A stretch of DNA of 64,000 bases. It comes from Bdellovibrionales bacterium (lineage in GTDB: Bacteria; Bdellovibrionota; Bdellovibrionia; Bdellovibrionales; JAUICD01). Both the position numbers and the translations under genes were made by a program. Each line of letters starts with the position of its first letter. The first letter of the stretch is position 1. The DNA lies in contig CBDANC010000013.1 of NCBI GenBank assembly GCA_965197425.1, positions 160,001 to 224,000 of the forward strand, given 5' to 3'. The notes beneath the pieces are model-generated. The model saw only the letters and a list, made by a program, of their open reading frames with translations. It ran no database searches and was not told the DNA's origin. Below, piece after piece: positions 19,635-30,899 of this stretch.

Positions 19635-20801
19635 ATGATAAGCAGAAAAAATATAGCTTTTATAACTAACAACTTATTCTTTACCAACTCACACGGTATC
19701 AGAACATTGACTTACTCATTGATCCATAAGACGAGAAAACTAGGATTAGCAGTTCATGTTGTAAATGTTGAGTTAAAAAATAAAGAAACCATCTTAACAG
19801 AGCTTGATGTAACGGATAAAGATTTGTTTAACAGAGGCTTCGAATCTAATACATGTATAGGGAAGAGTAAGGGGGAAATATTGCACATTTTAAAAAGTGG
19901 AAAACTCGCCAGTTTTTTAAAAAAAAATAAAATGGCCAAAGTTCCATCTGGAAAAACATTGGACCCTAAAACACGTTTTGATACAACGATTATGTCATAT
20001 CCATTTTGGAGTTATCCTGGGTTTCAAAACCCCTGGCTTAACCCTGAAAACACCCTACCTAATTCAAACAAGTTTTATCTTATGGCTTACGATACTATAC
20101 CCAACCGAGTCTACCTAGCAAAACCAGATGATGCAGTGGTACACCGCATAGCTTATGAACAGCAATTAGCATATAAATTTGCAGATGATAGAGATGGTAT
20201 TTTGTGTATAACTGATGATGCCAAAAAACAGTGTCAGATATTTGGCTTTGGGAAAAAAAGAGGGTTAAAGGTCTTGCCTTTAATGTTACCTCCTGGTTAT
20301 GAACGCATTGATATTCCATTAAATCGTGATAGATCTGTAATCCTATCAGCTCCATTTAATAAACGAAAAGGATTGAGTATAATGCCTGACTTATTAAATG
20401 CAGGAAGCCTCGATAGAATTACTATATTTGGACAACCTATTGAAGACATACAACATATTATAGATTTTTTCACGAAGCTAGATACAGATAACGTAACTTG
20501 GTGGATAAATGTAGATTATGAGACTCAAAAGAAGTTGTACTTAAATTCAAGAGTCTTACTATTTCCATCAATATCTGAAGGATTGGGCATACCTTTACTT
20601 GAGGCATATGCATGTGGATGTTCCGCATTAGTGTCTGACATTTCACCTCTAAATAAAATAGCTTTTCGTGAAGATATTTTGCCGGGAGATTTAGAAGCTG
20701 CCTGTAAAATATTAAGAAAACATCTTTCTAAAAAACATGACCCTAAGTTTTATCAAAAACTCGTGCATGAACAAACTAGTTCATTTAATCTTTCTATTTA
20801 G
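19635..20801 (+). CDS. GT4 glycosyltransferase
   Basis: YDTIP, KRKG, LFPSISEGLGIPLLEA. Confidence 0.85.
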   Translation: MISRKNIAFITNNLFFTNSHGIRTLTYSLIHKTRKLGLAVHVVNVELKNKETILTELDVTDKDLFNRGFESNTCIGKSKGEILHILKSGKLASFLKKNKMAKVPSGKTLDPKTRFDTTIMSYPFWSYPGFQNPWLNPENTLPNSNKFYLMAYDTIPNRVYLAKPDDAVVHRIAYEQQLAYKFADDRDGILCITDDAKKQCQIFGFGKKRGLKVLPLMLPPGYERIDIPLNRDRSVILSAPFNKRKGLSIMPDLLNAGSLDRITIFGQPIEDIQHIIDFFTKLDTDNVTWWINVDYETQKKLYLNSRVLLFPSISEGLGIPLLEAYACGCSALVSDISPLNKIAFREDILPGDLEAACKILRKHLSKKHDPKFYQKLVHEQTSSFNLSI

Positions 20802-20848
20802 GTTGAAATTAGATTACATCTTACTTAACTAGCCAATATAATCTAGTA

Positions 20849-21910
20849 TTAAGCACCCTGGTCTTTGTTTATGTTCGTATCCTTGAATGAAGTCAAATCT
20901 GATGCGACCATCTCTTTTACGAGTGATTCAAGACTTGTTTTTGGCTCCCAACCAAGTGCTTTTTTTGCTTTAGATGAATCACCACAAAGTGCATCAACTT
21001 CTGTTGGTCTAAAGTAATTAGGATCAACGAGTACAAGCTCTCTACCAGACTGTTTGCAAATTCCTGTTTCGTTGGAGCCTTCCCCTTTAAACACAACATC
21101 TACGCCAACTTCTTTAAAAGCCATTTTAACAAACTCTCTAACTGTTGTAGATTTGCCTGTGGCTATTACAAAGTCATCAGGTTTGTCCTGTTGGAGCATC
21201 AAATACATAGCCTCTACATAGTCCCTAGCATGACCCCAGTCACGAAGAGCTGATAAATTCCCTAAAGATAGCTTTTCCTGGCTTCCTAAATGAATTCTCG
21301 CTACGGCTCTGGTTATTTTTCTTGTAACAAAAGTTTCTCCTCTGATCGGAGACTCATGGTTAAATAAAATCCCATTTGAGATATGCATTCCATAAGCTTC
21401 CCTATAATTTAAACCTATCCAAAAAGCATATAGCTTTGCAATTCCATAAGGAGATCTGGGATAAAATGGCGTCGTTTCTGTTTGAGGACTTTCCTTAGCC
21501 ATTCCATATAGTTCGCTAGTTGAAGCTTGGTATATACGAGTTTTTTTCTCCAATCCCAATAGCTTTACAACCTCTAAAATTCTTATTAGCCCTAAGGCAT
21601 TAACTTCAGATGTGTACTCTGGTTGTTCAAATGAAACCTTAACGTGGCTCATAGCACCCAGGTTATAAATCTCATCTGGTGAGGCTCTTTGTATAATCTT
21701 AGTAATGCTAGAAGAGTCCGTCAGATCCCCATAGTGAAACTGAAAGTTGTTCTTTACACTAGAATTCTTGAGTATATGCTCTATTCTCCCAGTGTTAAAA
21801 GATGAACTCTTTCTCCTTATTCCATGTACAAAATAGCCTTTTTTGAGTAAAAACTCAGTTAAATATGCACCATCTTGCCCTGTAACACCCGTTATTAACG
21901 CTTTTTTCAT
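20849..21910 (-). CDS. gmd: GDP-mannose 4,6-dehydratase
   Basis: [46 protein letters not shown]. Confidence 0.97.
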   Translation of the reverse strand: MKKALITGVTGQDGAYLTEFLLKKGYFVHGIRRKSSSFNTGRIEHILKNSSVKNNFQFHYGDLTDSSSITKIIQRASPDEIYNLGAMSHVKVSFEQPEYTSEVNALGLIRILEVVKLLGLEKKTRIYQASTSELYGMAKESPQTETTPFYPRSPYGIAKLYAFWIGLNYREAYGMHISNGILFNHESPIRGETFVTRKITRAVARIHLGSQEKLSLGNLSALRDWGHARDYVEAMYLMLQQDKPDDFVIATGKSTTVREFVKMAFKEVGVDVVFKGEGSNETGICKQSGRELVLVDPNYFRPTEVDALCGDSSKAKKALGWEPKTSLESLVKEMVASDLTSFKDTNINKDQGA

Positions 21911-22051
21911 ATTAATTTTTCTCTCAAAAACCCAAAAGAGGCTGCCAAAAACCTAAGTAGATATACCATATGTGCGATCAAAAGGTCATTAAATATTTTG
22001 ATGATATTAAGCCTTTCTTGAAGCTTTTATATTTTTTGAGTATTATCAAAA

Positions 22052-23224
22052 TTGATGATCTTGGACGAAACTAAAAGGAGTTTATTTAATGTTCTCCATA
22101 TTACTTCTAGAGCTGATGTAGGAGGAGGGCCTAAGCACTTATATCTTTTAGCTAAAGGATGCTTAAGTTTAATAAAAAACAACTCTAACACAAACATAAA
22201 TAGTAGCATAGCTAAAGTATACATAGCATCACCATCCGAAAAGCCATATGGCCCACTATTCAAGAATATATCCACAGAACATGTTGAGATTCCTAGACGG
22301 AGATTTTCAATTTCAAAACTGTTTTATCTAATCTGGTTTTGTAAGAAAAATAAAATATCAATAGTACATTCACATGGCTTTGGAGCAGGGTTGTATTCCA
22401 GACCTTTGTTTTTGGGAGGGTTAAAGGTCATTCATACTTTTCACGGAATACATTTAGAAAAAGGATTTTTAGGACAAATCAAACTTTTAATAAATAAATT
22501 TTTGATAGCTTTCACCAGTAAATGTATCTGTGTTTCAGAAGATGAAAAGGAAGTGGCATGTAAGTTGCTTAATTTAAATCCTGATAAAGGAGTGGTTATT
22601 TATAATGGCTTAGATTTAAGTACAATTTTAGAAGTTAAAGATCTCAATAAAAAGGATATAAGAAAAGAAGTTCTGAGCAATGTAAGGAAACCAAAAGAGA
22701 AGAGAATAATTATAGGATCATTATCCAGACTTTGTTATCCAAAAGGGCTGGATGTTTTGTTAGATTTAGTATCTCAATATAAGTGTTCAAAAGATACACC
22801 TCCTTTTTATTTATACATTGCAGGAGATGGAGAAGATAGACACAAGCTTGAAAATCAAAGGAATAAATTAAATTTAAAAGAAGATGTTATTTTTTTGGGA
22901 AATATAGATAAACCCTATTTGTTTCTAAAGTCACTAGATTTATTTGTAAGTACAGCTAGATGTGAAGGCATGCCTTATTCAGTATTAGAGGCAATAGCCT
23001 TAGATATTCCAGTACTCCTTTCTGATGTTACAGGCCACAGAATATTTGGAAAAAGAAATCTATTTGACTTAAATAACTTTCAATCTTTTAAAGAATGTTT
23101 AAAGAAAAAATTTACATTAAACGGTAAAGATATAGAATTGCAAAAAGAATTATTAGAAAAATATTCTTTTAAACAAATGATCAACCAAACATTGAATTTG
23201 TATAAAACAATAGCCAATGGATAA
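22052..23224 (+). CDS. GT4 glycosyltransferase
   Basis: GGGPKH, VHSH, IYNGLD, GDGE, EGMPYSVLEA. Confidence 0.88.
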   Translation: MMILDETKRSLFNVLHITSRADVGGGPKHLYLLAKGCLSLIKNNSNTNINSSIAKVYIASPSEKPYGPLFKNISTEHVEIPRRRFSISKLFYLIWFCKKNKISIVHSHGFGAGLYSRPLFLGGLKVIHTFHGIHLEKGFLGQIKLLINKFLIAFTSKCICVSEDEKEVACKLLNLNPDKGVVIYNGLDLSTILEVKDLNKKDIRKEVLSNVRKPKEKRIIIGSLSRLCYPKGLDVLLDLVSQYKCSKDTPPFYLYIAGDGEDRHKLENQRNKLNLKEDVIFLGNIDKPYLFLKSLDLFVSTARCEGMPYSVLEAIALDIPVLLSDVTGHRIFGKRNLFDLNNFQSFKECLKKKFTLNGKDIELQKELLEKYSFKQMINQTLNLYKTIANG

Positions 23225-23286
23225 TAATAATTAATCTTGTTAAATCAAAAATTATGTGAAAAGTATAAAAAACTTATAATTGCTAC

Positions 23287-24435
23287 TTATAAACAAATAT
23301 ATAAAATACCGAAGACGCCCAGAAGTTTACCTTGAAAACTGGTTTTTTGTTTTTTTGAAAATTGTCTTATATAACTTAAACATTTTTTAAAAGAAAATTT
23401 TATTATTCCAAGTTTGCTATAGTTATGCATTATAAATATAAATGTGAGAGGAAAAAGATATATAATATTTCTCTTTTTTAAAAAGTAGATGTGGAGTTTG
23501 GCAAATAATTTAAGTTTTCTAAATATTGCTTCATCACTGTATTCCCTTTTAGCCAAGTCACACATTTTTTTATAAAACTCCGTCCATCTTGCTAGAGGTG
23601 TAAAAAAAAGCATGGCATGGTAAAAATGTACCAGTACTGCAGAATACATCATAGCTTGTTGGTTAATGGTTGTGTTTAGATGTGTATGTGATTTTTTGAG
23701 CTCACAGAATACCTTGAACATATCAAAAGATCTCGTTGATCTTGAGTTTGTAATACTTCCTAGTCTATTTTGTCTGTAGTACAACATTACATTATCAACA
23801 ACAAATATTTTTTTTGAGGAGAGGATTAGATGAGTTGTAAAAACCATATCTTCACCAATATTAACTTTCGGTAGTATTTTATTTTTCAATAGAAAATCTT
23901 TTTTAAAGATCTTACCACTTGCTGATATACAACAAGGTTTGAGATGAAGGAAGTAAGTATTTATCTCATTGCCTTCGATAAGTTTATTTTGAATATTCAA
24001 GATTTTTTTATATTTTACTGAATGTTTTCTTATAAAATTAATAGTAGGAGATGGAGGAAGATATGTTTTGTCCTCAAATGCTACTATATTGCCAATAACA
24101 ATGTCAGCGCTACTTTTTACAGCAGCATTTATACTCAGCTCTAATGTGTTGTAAGGTATAATATCATCAGAATCTAAAAACATTATATATTTACCACTTG
24201 CGTGTAAAACGCCACTGTCTCTTGCTTTAGCTAATCCTAGGTTATTTTGGTTTATAACAAGTATTCTGTTATCTTTTCTAGACTCATTTCTTACTATTTG
24301 TTCTGAGTTATCTGTAGAACCATCAATAACAAATATAGCTTCCCATTTTTCGTAGGTTTGATTTTTTATAGACTTTATTGTGTCAGAAATCCAATATTCT
24401 GTATTGTAGACCGGCACCACTATAGAAACTTTCAA
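23287..24435 (-). CDS. GT2 glycosyltransferase
   Basis: VSIVVPVYN, DGSTD, FLDSDD, GED. Confidence 0.9.
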   Translation of the reverse strand: MKVSIVVPVYNTEYWISDTIKSIKNQTYEKWEAIFVIDGSTDNSEQIVRNESRKDNRILVINQNNLGLAKARDSGVLHASGKYIMFLDSDDIIPYNTLELSINAAVKSSADIVIGNIVAFEDKTYLPPSPTINFIRKHSVKYKKILNIQNKLIEGNEINTYFLHLKPCCISASGKIFKKDFLLKNKILPKVNIGEDMVFTTHLILSSKKIFVVDNVMLYYRQNRLGSITNSRSTRSFDMFKVFCELKKSHTHLNTTINQQAMMYSAVLVHFYHAMLFFTPLARWTEFYKKMCDLAKREYSDEAIFRKLKLFAKLHIYFLKKRNIIYLFPLTFIFIMHNYSKLGIIKFSFKKCLSYIRQFSKKQKTSFQGKLLGVFGILYICL

Positions 24436-24588
24436 AACTTAACCTCTCTCTATAGTAGGTTAGAATTTTTGTATCAAAAAGTAAAACTGTTTGTAGTGGA
24501 AAGTATGATAGGCCTGTCCCTGTTGGTGATTCTTTAGCCTTTTCTAGAGCCATTTTAAGGCCGTTGGTACAGCCGTTATCTGTAGAGA

Positions 24589-24640
24589 TTTTGGTTGAGC
24601 GAGCTAAATTTTTCTCTGTTGAGCGTGCCGGTTCCACCTA
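24589..24640. repeat. Degenerate direct repeat, copy 1 (partner 29843-29894) flanking avs4
   Basis: 39/52 identical positions counted by hand, ungapped. Confidence 0.6.
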
Positions 24641-24824
24641 TCTGAGGCTGTTTGGGCTGTGTTGCATGATATTAACAAAGGTTATATAGCCTATTTAGTA
24701 GGTAGCTTTACAAACGGATATTTCATGCTACACATCTAACATTATATTTTGATCTTGACTAAACCTGCCTCACAAGCTAAATCATCTTCTAAAAATACCA
24801 TCATCTGACCTGCAAACTCATACA

Positions 24825-27800
24825 TCACAGTATATTTTCTCTTAAACGGTAGGCAACCGCAGAACCTGTCTCAATTAAAAAATTTAAAATTATAAGAATT
24901 TGCTTTTTTATTCGATGATCTCTTTTGATTGTTTGACGATTATCAAAAACATAGGCCTTTACAATATTTTCTATATAAAAAGTGGTGTCTATTTCTAACC
25001 CTTCATTAGGTAAATCAGAGTTATTTTTTATGATATCACTGATCCATAATATTCCATCATCTCTAAAATTACTTCCTATACCGTTAAGCACTCTTGAAAT
25101 AGAATATAAAACTGTAGGGTGGTGACCAACATCCTTAGAAACTTGTTTAAAAAATAACTTTTCACTCTCCTTCAATGCATGCCATTGCTTTACACCTTGT
25201 CCCAAATCTTTTTCAGCCAACAAATAATTACGAATAATCTTCTTGTCAAGATGGCTTGGCCTCTTATTGCAAATCTCAACTATTTTTGGATAAAAAATAC
25301 TCCATACAGTCCAAAAGTTTTCATGCTTGTTAAATTTGTTTGCAACAATTGTCAAAATCTCAAGAAAAGTATTTATAATCTGATCGGATATCAAATTATC
25401 AGGTTGTTCTACAAAATAAGATAAGTATAATTTCATATCGTCGTTCTTTGATGTTAAAATACAAGACGCTAGTTTGATTAAAAATTTATGCTTTAATCCA
25501 CTGGTACCACTGGTACTGCTCTTGATTTTTTCTAAACAAATAGGAAGAATAGTCTTTATAAATTCCTTGTGTTCTTTGTTTTTTGTTTCAAACTGTAGTA
25601 TTTCAAATGCCGTAACCAAAGTCTCCAGACTCAATTTTGCCATATCATATTCATCGAGGATCATTTTGTACGTCAATTTGTTTTCAACCATATCGTTTAT
25701 TTTGCCCTTATGTTCTTCAAAAAAACCTTCTAGTTCATGTCCTTTTTGATATTTATGCTTAACATTAGAACGTGATAATAGCCCTGTTCCATTTATGAAG
25801 TTATCAAATTTTGGTTTTAATAATAAATAACCTATAAAAACAGAATACGCATCTTTAAAGTTTTCTTTCCACATATATGATATTGATTTTAATATGGAAT
25901 TAGACTGGCTATATTTTATCTGAAAAAGTAATTTCAATACAATAGTTTTAATTTGCTGTTTATTGTTAGGAAACCTCTTTAGCAAAATGTGTAGCATGAT
26001 CGTTGCAATATCTTCTTCTACTTTCCTACTCTGGCTTTGATCATTTAATATACGATAGAAACATTTCATAAAAACATTTAAGCAAAATTCTTTATCTTCG
26101 CTATTTAATAAATCAAAGTAGTCTCTAACTAACACAGCACATGAGTACAACGGAGTCAAAACTTGAGTCATATTATAAGCAGGAAATAACCAATCATTGT
26201 TACTTTTACTGATAGCAATGACATCTTCTAGTTCTTTATTAACCTGTTTTGTTTCCATAATCACTAATTTTAGGTTACTTTCATATTGAGGATATTGTTC
26301 ATATTCAAGTTTTTTTTCTTCGAATTTACTTTTAGACCATAAAAACAATCCAACATATTTATTTCCATCTATATTTTCAATTTCTTTTAATTTATTATCT
26401 CTATACTTTTTCAAATCTGGATCAATTTTTGTATTTAAATATAATACACTTTGACCATTTTCCTCTTTAATTTGAGGATTCATTTTTCTTCTATCTATTC
26501 TTGATAAAATTAATTTCCAATCTTTATCTTGAACTACTCCATCGGGTGGATTAGATAGTTGTTCGTGGTATTCATCGAATATATCAAATAAAATCCGTTT
26601 CCTTTCTTCCAGTTTTTGCTCATTTTCTCCTTTGAAAAGGGCAAATTGGTATTGTACAGCTAAATTCTCAAGATTTTGCCTCCTATGTTTTAACTTATCA
26701 GATTGAGCCCTTTCATATTCAAAATCATCCGTGATACCGAAATTAGTGTTTAGAACGTCATTAACTTCTGTAGTCACTCGATCTGTTGTACTAAGGATAT
26801 TGCTATAAATGAAAAACTCTTTTGTTTGAAAAAGCACTTTTGCTACATTAAAAGTCTTTTCAGGGTATGCTAAGACAATACTTGTAACTACTGCGGAAAT
26901 AGAAGCAGATTTTGATCGCTTAAGTAGAGATAACAAATGTTCTTCTAATTCACTGTCAATCATTTTCTTGCCATTATCAAGAAAGTATTTCTCTAGAGCC
27001 ATATGTATTGACTCTAACAAATGTGGAAATCCTTGATTTCCTCTATAAATGCCCCAAACCCTACTACTAATATATTGTTTAACAGATTCATTTTCATTTA
27101 TAAAAACTTCTATTTCTTCTAGCCCATCTGACAATTTAGATTTTGAAAAGCTATCGATGGTTCTATTTACAAATGATAAAATAAAATCAATTGCAAGCTC
27201 AAATACAGTGTGAAGTAGTGGCAATATTGGTGTTTGAAGAGAGCTAGCAGGTTCATATCTAAAATCGTAACTACTTATTACAGAGAAGTAACCATTTATT
27301 TTATTTGATACTCTAGTTGACCTGTTATTCTCAGGAACTCTAAACCAAAATAAATCAGCCAATTGTATGACTTGCTCAGGGAGATTTTTTATCATTTCCA
27401 TATTTTCCAAAGGTGATGTTAAAATGGCGTGAGCTAATTGATAATATCTGCTATTCCTACTAGTTTCTTTTTTAGAAATGATTGACTTAAATACACAATC
27501 TAATTCTTTTTTGATCTCATAGGATCCTTCAAATATTACTTTTACAAGCCGTTTCTTAATTTCATCGTATTGAAAGTTATCTTGGGTATTCATAATTTTT
27601 TCATAGTAAAATAGAGCTAATAAACTTGCGTTCCTTGTAGTTTCACCTTTTTTATTCTTGTAGTTCCAATCTTCGATAATTGGTAGAATAATATTTATAC
27701 CAGGTAGTTCAAAACTTTCCTTATGCTTATTTAAAAAACCTATGACACAGTTCCAGCCTTTTCCTTTCGGCTTTAAAAATGTATGTTCAAACATATTTCT

Positions 27801-29645
27801 GTTTTTAGATGTTTTAGGCAATCCTAAAATTTCTAATATACTATCATCTGGCTCTTTACAGGCAATCCTTATCAAAAAGAGCAGTTTGTATAACAACCCT
27901 TTGTTATAGTGTGATTTAATGCAAGCTTGAAATTTGCTACTAACAATTTGTTTATATTCTTTCAATAATTGTGGGTCAAAGATCTCGAAAAAATTAGAAC
28001 AATAATCAGAAAACAGTACAGAAACTAAAATTTCATCTCTCCAATGTTTTTCAATATCCCTGCTTTGAATACAGCTTTCAACCAATTGCTTAGCATCCTT
28101 ACTATTTGTTTCAAGTTTCGCGGACAGCCAGTCTCTGAATGCCCTACGAATTGATAAGGAACTACCTATTTTATCGAAAAATTCTTTATAATCCGATCTG
28201 TTACAAAAACTTCTATCAATAATTTTGTCTAATGCCCATTCTTCATAGATATCGTGAACTACAAAATAACCTCCTAATTGCGAATCATATTTAATAATTT
28301 CGTTAGCCTGTAAAGCTTTAGGAAATTCATCACTAAAACCATCAATAGTTGTAGTAAACAGACCTTCGTCAGCCTTCTTTTTAGCTAATTCTAGAAAATA
28401 CTGTTCTAGTTGCATCTTATTTTGACTAGATGCTTTTAAAGCTACATTATTCCAAACAATCTCTTTAAAGGATAAATAATCTATATTATCTTTCATTTCG
28501 GAATAATTTTTTAGATATTCTCTCAGGAAAAAAGGACTTCTTAAAAGTTCAAGAAGTTTTTGATTTGTTGGAAGATCAAAACTATTTTTCATAGAAAATT
28601 TTTCAAGATTATCAGTTGTAATATTTGGCACTTTCAATCTTGAGGAGGTGGTATTACAATAGATTGAAAGATGATATTTAAGATCATCACAGTAGTTATG
28701 TCTTATCGTAAACACAATTTTCCAGCTATTTTGTACTAAGACAGATAAAAATTCTTTGAAAGGCTCATCGTTTTCTATGTTCGATAATTGTTCTGCTGAA
28801 TCTATTACAACAAATTTTTTAGAATGATTTTTATGTTCTTTTACGAAATCGATTAGTTTAAAGTTTCCATAATTTTCAAATAGTTTGTTGATATGGGAAA
28901 TGTTAAACTCAGAAGCTTTAAACATGAAAAAAGCCATTGAGCATTTTTTCTTTATTTCATTATGCCAATCTTTTATTATTGCTGTTTTTCCTGAACCAGC
29001 TTCTCCAGTTAAAATAGCTGATGGGGAGCTTATTAAAACATCTTTTAACTGTTTTATAATGTCCGATCTATCTATTTTTATTTTATTGCCTTGAAAATTG
29101 ATCTCTGATTGTATTTGAGATAAAAGAGATTTTGTATGTGAAGACAGCTCGTGTATAAAATCAAATATACTTTTTTCAAAGCTAAAAAAATGATAGGCAA
29201 TCTTCTCATTTTCTATGCAAACAAAACCTAATTCAAAAAAACTTGCTGTCTTCCAATCTATATCTATACCCTTGTTTTTGGCATGAGCTTCAATACTTTT
29301 TTTGTAATTAGGACTAGAACCATCTCGGCCCTCTCCAAATTCCTGATTGGTATAAAATATAATTTTATCTATATCTGGATGCTTCTCTTTGGTTTTATCT
29401 ATAGAATCCTTGAAAGATTTTTTGTTTTCAGATAATCTTGTTTCACAAAACTTAGCTTGCCAACCAATTTTTCTGCCTTCTACTGTAATTGGCTCTGTCT
29501 CAATCCCAGCTTGATTTTTATATCTCATGATGCCTTTAGGCTTGTTAAACTCTCTGCAGAACAGAAGGTAGCACAGCCATTCAAAATTGGATTGTTTGTT
29601 ATTGCTGAATTTTGCTTTAAAGATATCCCAGTTTGGACGAATCAT
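24825..29645 (-). CDS. avs4: AVAST type 4 anti-phage nuclease-STAND NTPase
   Basis: MIRPNWDIFKAKF...FEWLCYLLFC...YKNQAGIETEPI...GWQAKF nuclease N-terminus; GEAGSGKT Walker A; VVIDSAE; about 1600 aa. Confidence 0.92.
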   Translation of the reverse strand: MIRPNWDIFKAKFSNNKQSNFEWLCYLLFCREFNKPKGIMRYKNQAGIETEPITVEGRKIGWQAKFCETRLSENKKSFKDSIDKTKEKHPDIDKIIFYTNQEFGEGRDGSSPNYKKSIEAHAKNKGIDIDWKTASFFELGFVCIENEKIAYHFFSFEKSIFDFIHELSSHTKSLLSQIQSEINFQGNKIKIDRSDIIKQLKDVLISSPSAILTGEAGSGKTAIIKDWHNEIKKKCSMAFFMFKASEFNISHINKLFENYGNFKLIDFVKEHKNHSKKFVVIDSAEQLSNIENDEPFKEFLSVLVQNSWKIVFTIRHNYCDDLKYHLSIYCNTTSSRLKVPNITTDNLEKFSMKNSFDLPTNQKLLELLRSPFFLREYLKNYSEMKDNIDYLSFKEIVWNNVALKASSQNKMQLEQYFLELAKKKADEGLFTTTIDGFSDEFPKALQANEIIKYDSQLGGYFVVHDIYEEWALDKIIDRSFCNRSDYKEFFDKIGSSLSIRRAFRDWLSAKLETNSKDAKQLVESCIQSRDIEKHWRDEILVSVLFSDYCSNFFEIFDPQLLKEYKQIVSSKFQACIKSHYNKGLLYKLLFLIRIACKEPDDSILEILGLPKTSKNRNMFEHTFLKPKGKGWNCVIGFLNKHKESFELPGINIILPIIEDWNYKNKKGETTRNASLLALFYYEKIMNTQDNFQYDEIKKRLVKVIFEGSYEIKKELDCVFKSIISKKETSRNSRYYQLAHAILTSPLENMEMIKNLPEQVIQLADLFWFRVPENNRSTRVSNKINGYFSVISSYDFRYEPASSLQTPILPLLHTVFELAIDFILSFVNRTIDSFSKSKLSDGLEEIEVFINENESVKQYISSRVWGIYRGNQGFPHLLESIHMALEKYFLDNGKKMIDSELEEHLLSLLKRSKSASISAVVTSIVLAYPEKTFNVAKVLFQTKEFFIYSNILSTTDRVTTEVNDVLNTNFGITDDFEYERAQSDKLKHRRQNLENLAVQYQFALFKGENEQKLEERKRILFDIFDEYHEQLSNPPDGVVQDKDWKLILSRIDRRKMNPQIKEENGQSVLYLNTKIDPDLKKYRDNKLKEIENIDGNKYVGLFLWSKSKFEEKKLEYEQYPQYESNLKLVIMETKQVNKELEDVIAISKSNNDWLFPAYNMTQVLTPLYSCAVLVRDYFDLLNSEDKEFCLNVFMKCFYRILNDQSQSRKVEEDIATIMLHILLKRFPNNKQQIKTIVLKLLFQIKYSQSNSILKSISYMWKENFKDAYSVFIGYLLLKPKFDNFINGTGLLSRSNVKHKYQKGHELEGFFEEHKGKINDMVENKLTYKMILDEYDMAKLSLETLVTAFEILQFETKNKEHKEFIKTILPICLEKIKSSTSGTSGLKHKFLIKLASCILTSKNDDMKLYLSYFVEQPDNLISDQIINTFLEILTIVANKFNKHENFWTVWSIFYPKIVEICNKRPSHLDKKIIRNYLLAEKDLGQGVKQWHALKESEKLFFKQVSKDVGHHPTVLYSISRVLNGIGSNFRDDGILWISDIIKNNSDLPNEGLEIDTTFYIENIVKAYVFDNRQTIKRDHRIKKQILIILNFLIETGSAVAYRLRENIL

Positions 29646-29842
29646 TGTGATATAAAAGCAAAAAAAATAGTAAAAATAAAGCAATTATTTGATATGTGTT
29701 ATATTGAGATGGTGTCAACCACCCTGGCGGTCCACATGAACTATTTGAGGTAATCATATGGTCGCCTAGTATCTGCGGGGTATTCTGACTCTTTGTCTGA
29801 GGCTATATCGGAGTAGTTGGTGCATACTTTGCCTTCGAAGGT

Positions 29843-29894
29843 TTTTGGTTGAGCTAACTAAGTACTTTGCTGTTGAGCATTCTGGCTTCACCCA
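29843..29894. repeat. Degenerate direct repeat, copy 2 (partner 24589-24640)
   Basis: ttttggttgagc...ctgttgagc...cacc shared. Confidence 0.6.
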
Positions 29895-30035
29895 CTTCCC
29901 CCTCTTCGGATTGTCTAACCATGCTACATGACTGCTTGGACAGTTGACTAGTATACATTTGATGAGATAGAGTGCGACTTTTATAGAAGATAATCGATAT
30001 GAAAACAAACCACTAATAAGCAAAGAACATAATTT

Positions 30036-30398
30036 ATGGATAAAAAATTACAAGACTGTTTCTCAAATATAGATTACTCAATTGATAGAATGCGACTAAC
30101 CGATAATAAAAGAAACTTTGAACTTGCTGGAATTAACTTCAAAGCAGTTGATCAGAGCGTTGAAGAGTTCAAAGCAGGTTTGAGAGCTAGAAAGTTAGAA
30201 AATAGCAACCCACATGTTGAGTTTCTTTTACGAGCGTTAGCCAAATTTTTGCAAGTTTTAGATGAATATTTTTCTGGTCAAATAAATTTGAAACTTAATG
30301 CATTAGATGATTACGTTGACCATGTCAAAAAGACAATACAAGGTTTAAACGAAATAGCTATTGAGATAGACGCTGAGCAGGCTAAGAAGAAGCAATAA
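30036..30398 (+). CDS. Hypothetical helical protein
   Basis: 120-aa ORF with plausible composition. Confidence 0.55.
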   Translation: MDKKLQDCFSNIDYSIDRMRLTDNKRNFELAGINFKAVDQSVEEFKAGLRARKLENSNPHVEFLLRALAKFLQVLDEYFSGQINLKLNALDDYVDHVKKTIQGLNEIAIEIDAEQAKKKQ

Positions 30399-30452
30399 AA
30401 CTGTAATAGATCTGCTACAGTTTAGGAGAAACAATGGTTAAGGAGTAAATAA

Positions 30453-30872
<420 letters not shown>

Positions 30873-30899
30873 AAAAATTATACTTAACATAAGTCCGAT

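Noticed and set aside
24383..24637. 84-aa ORF as a gene or IS transposase fragment (also 29766-30023)
   Set aside because: No recognisable motif, terminal inverted repeats or DDE residues; treated only as repeat-bearing scraps
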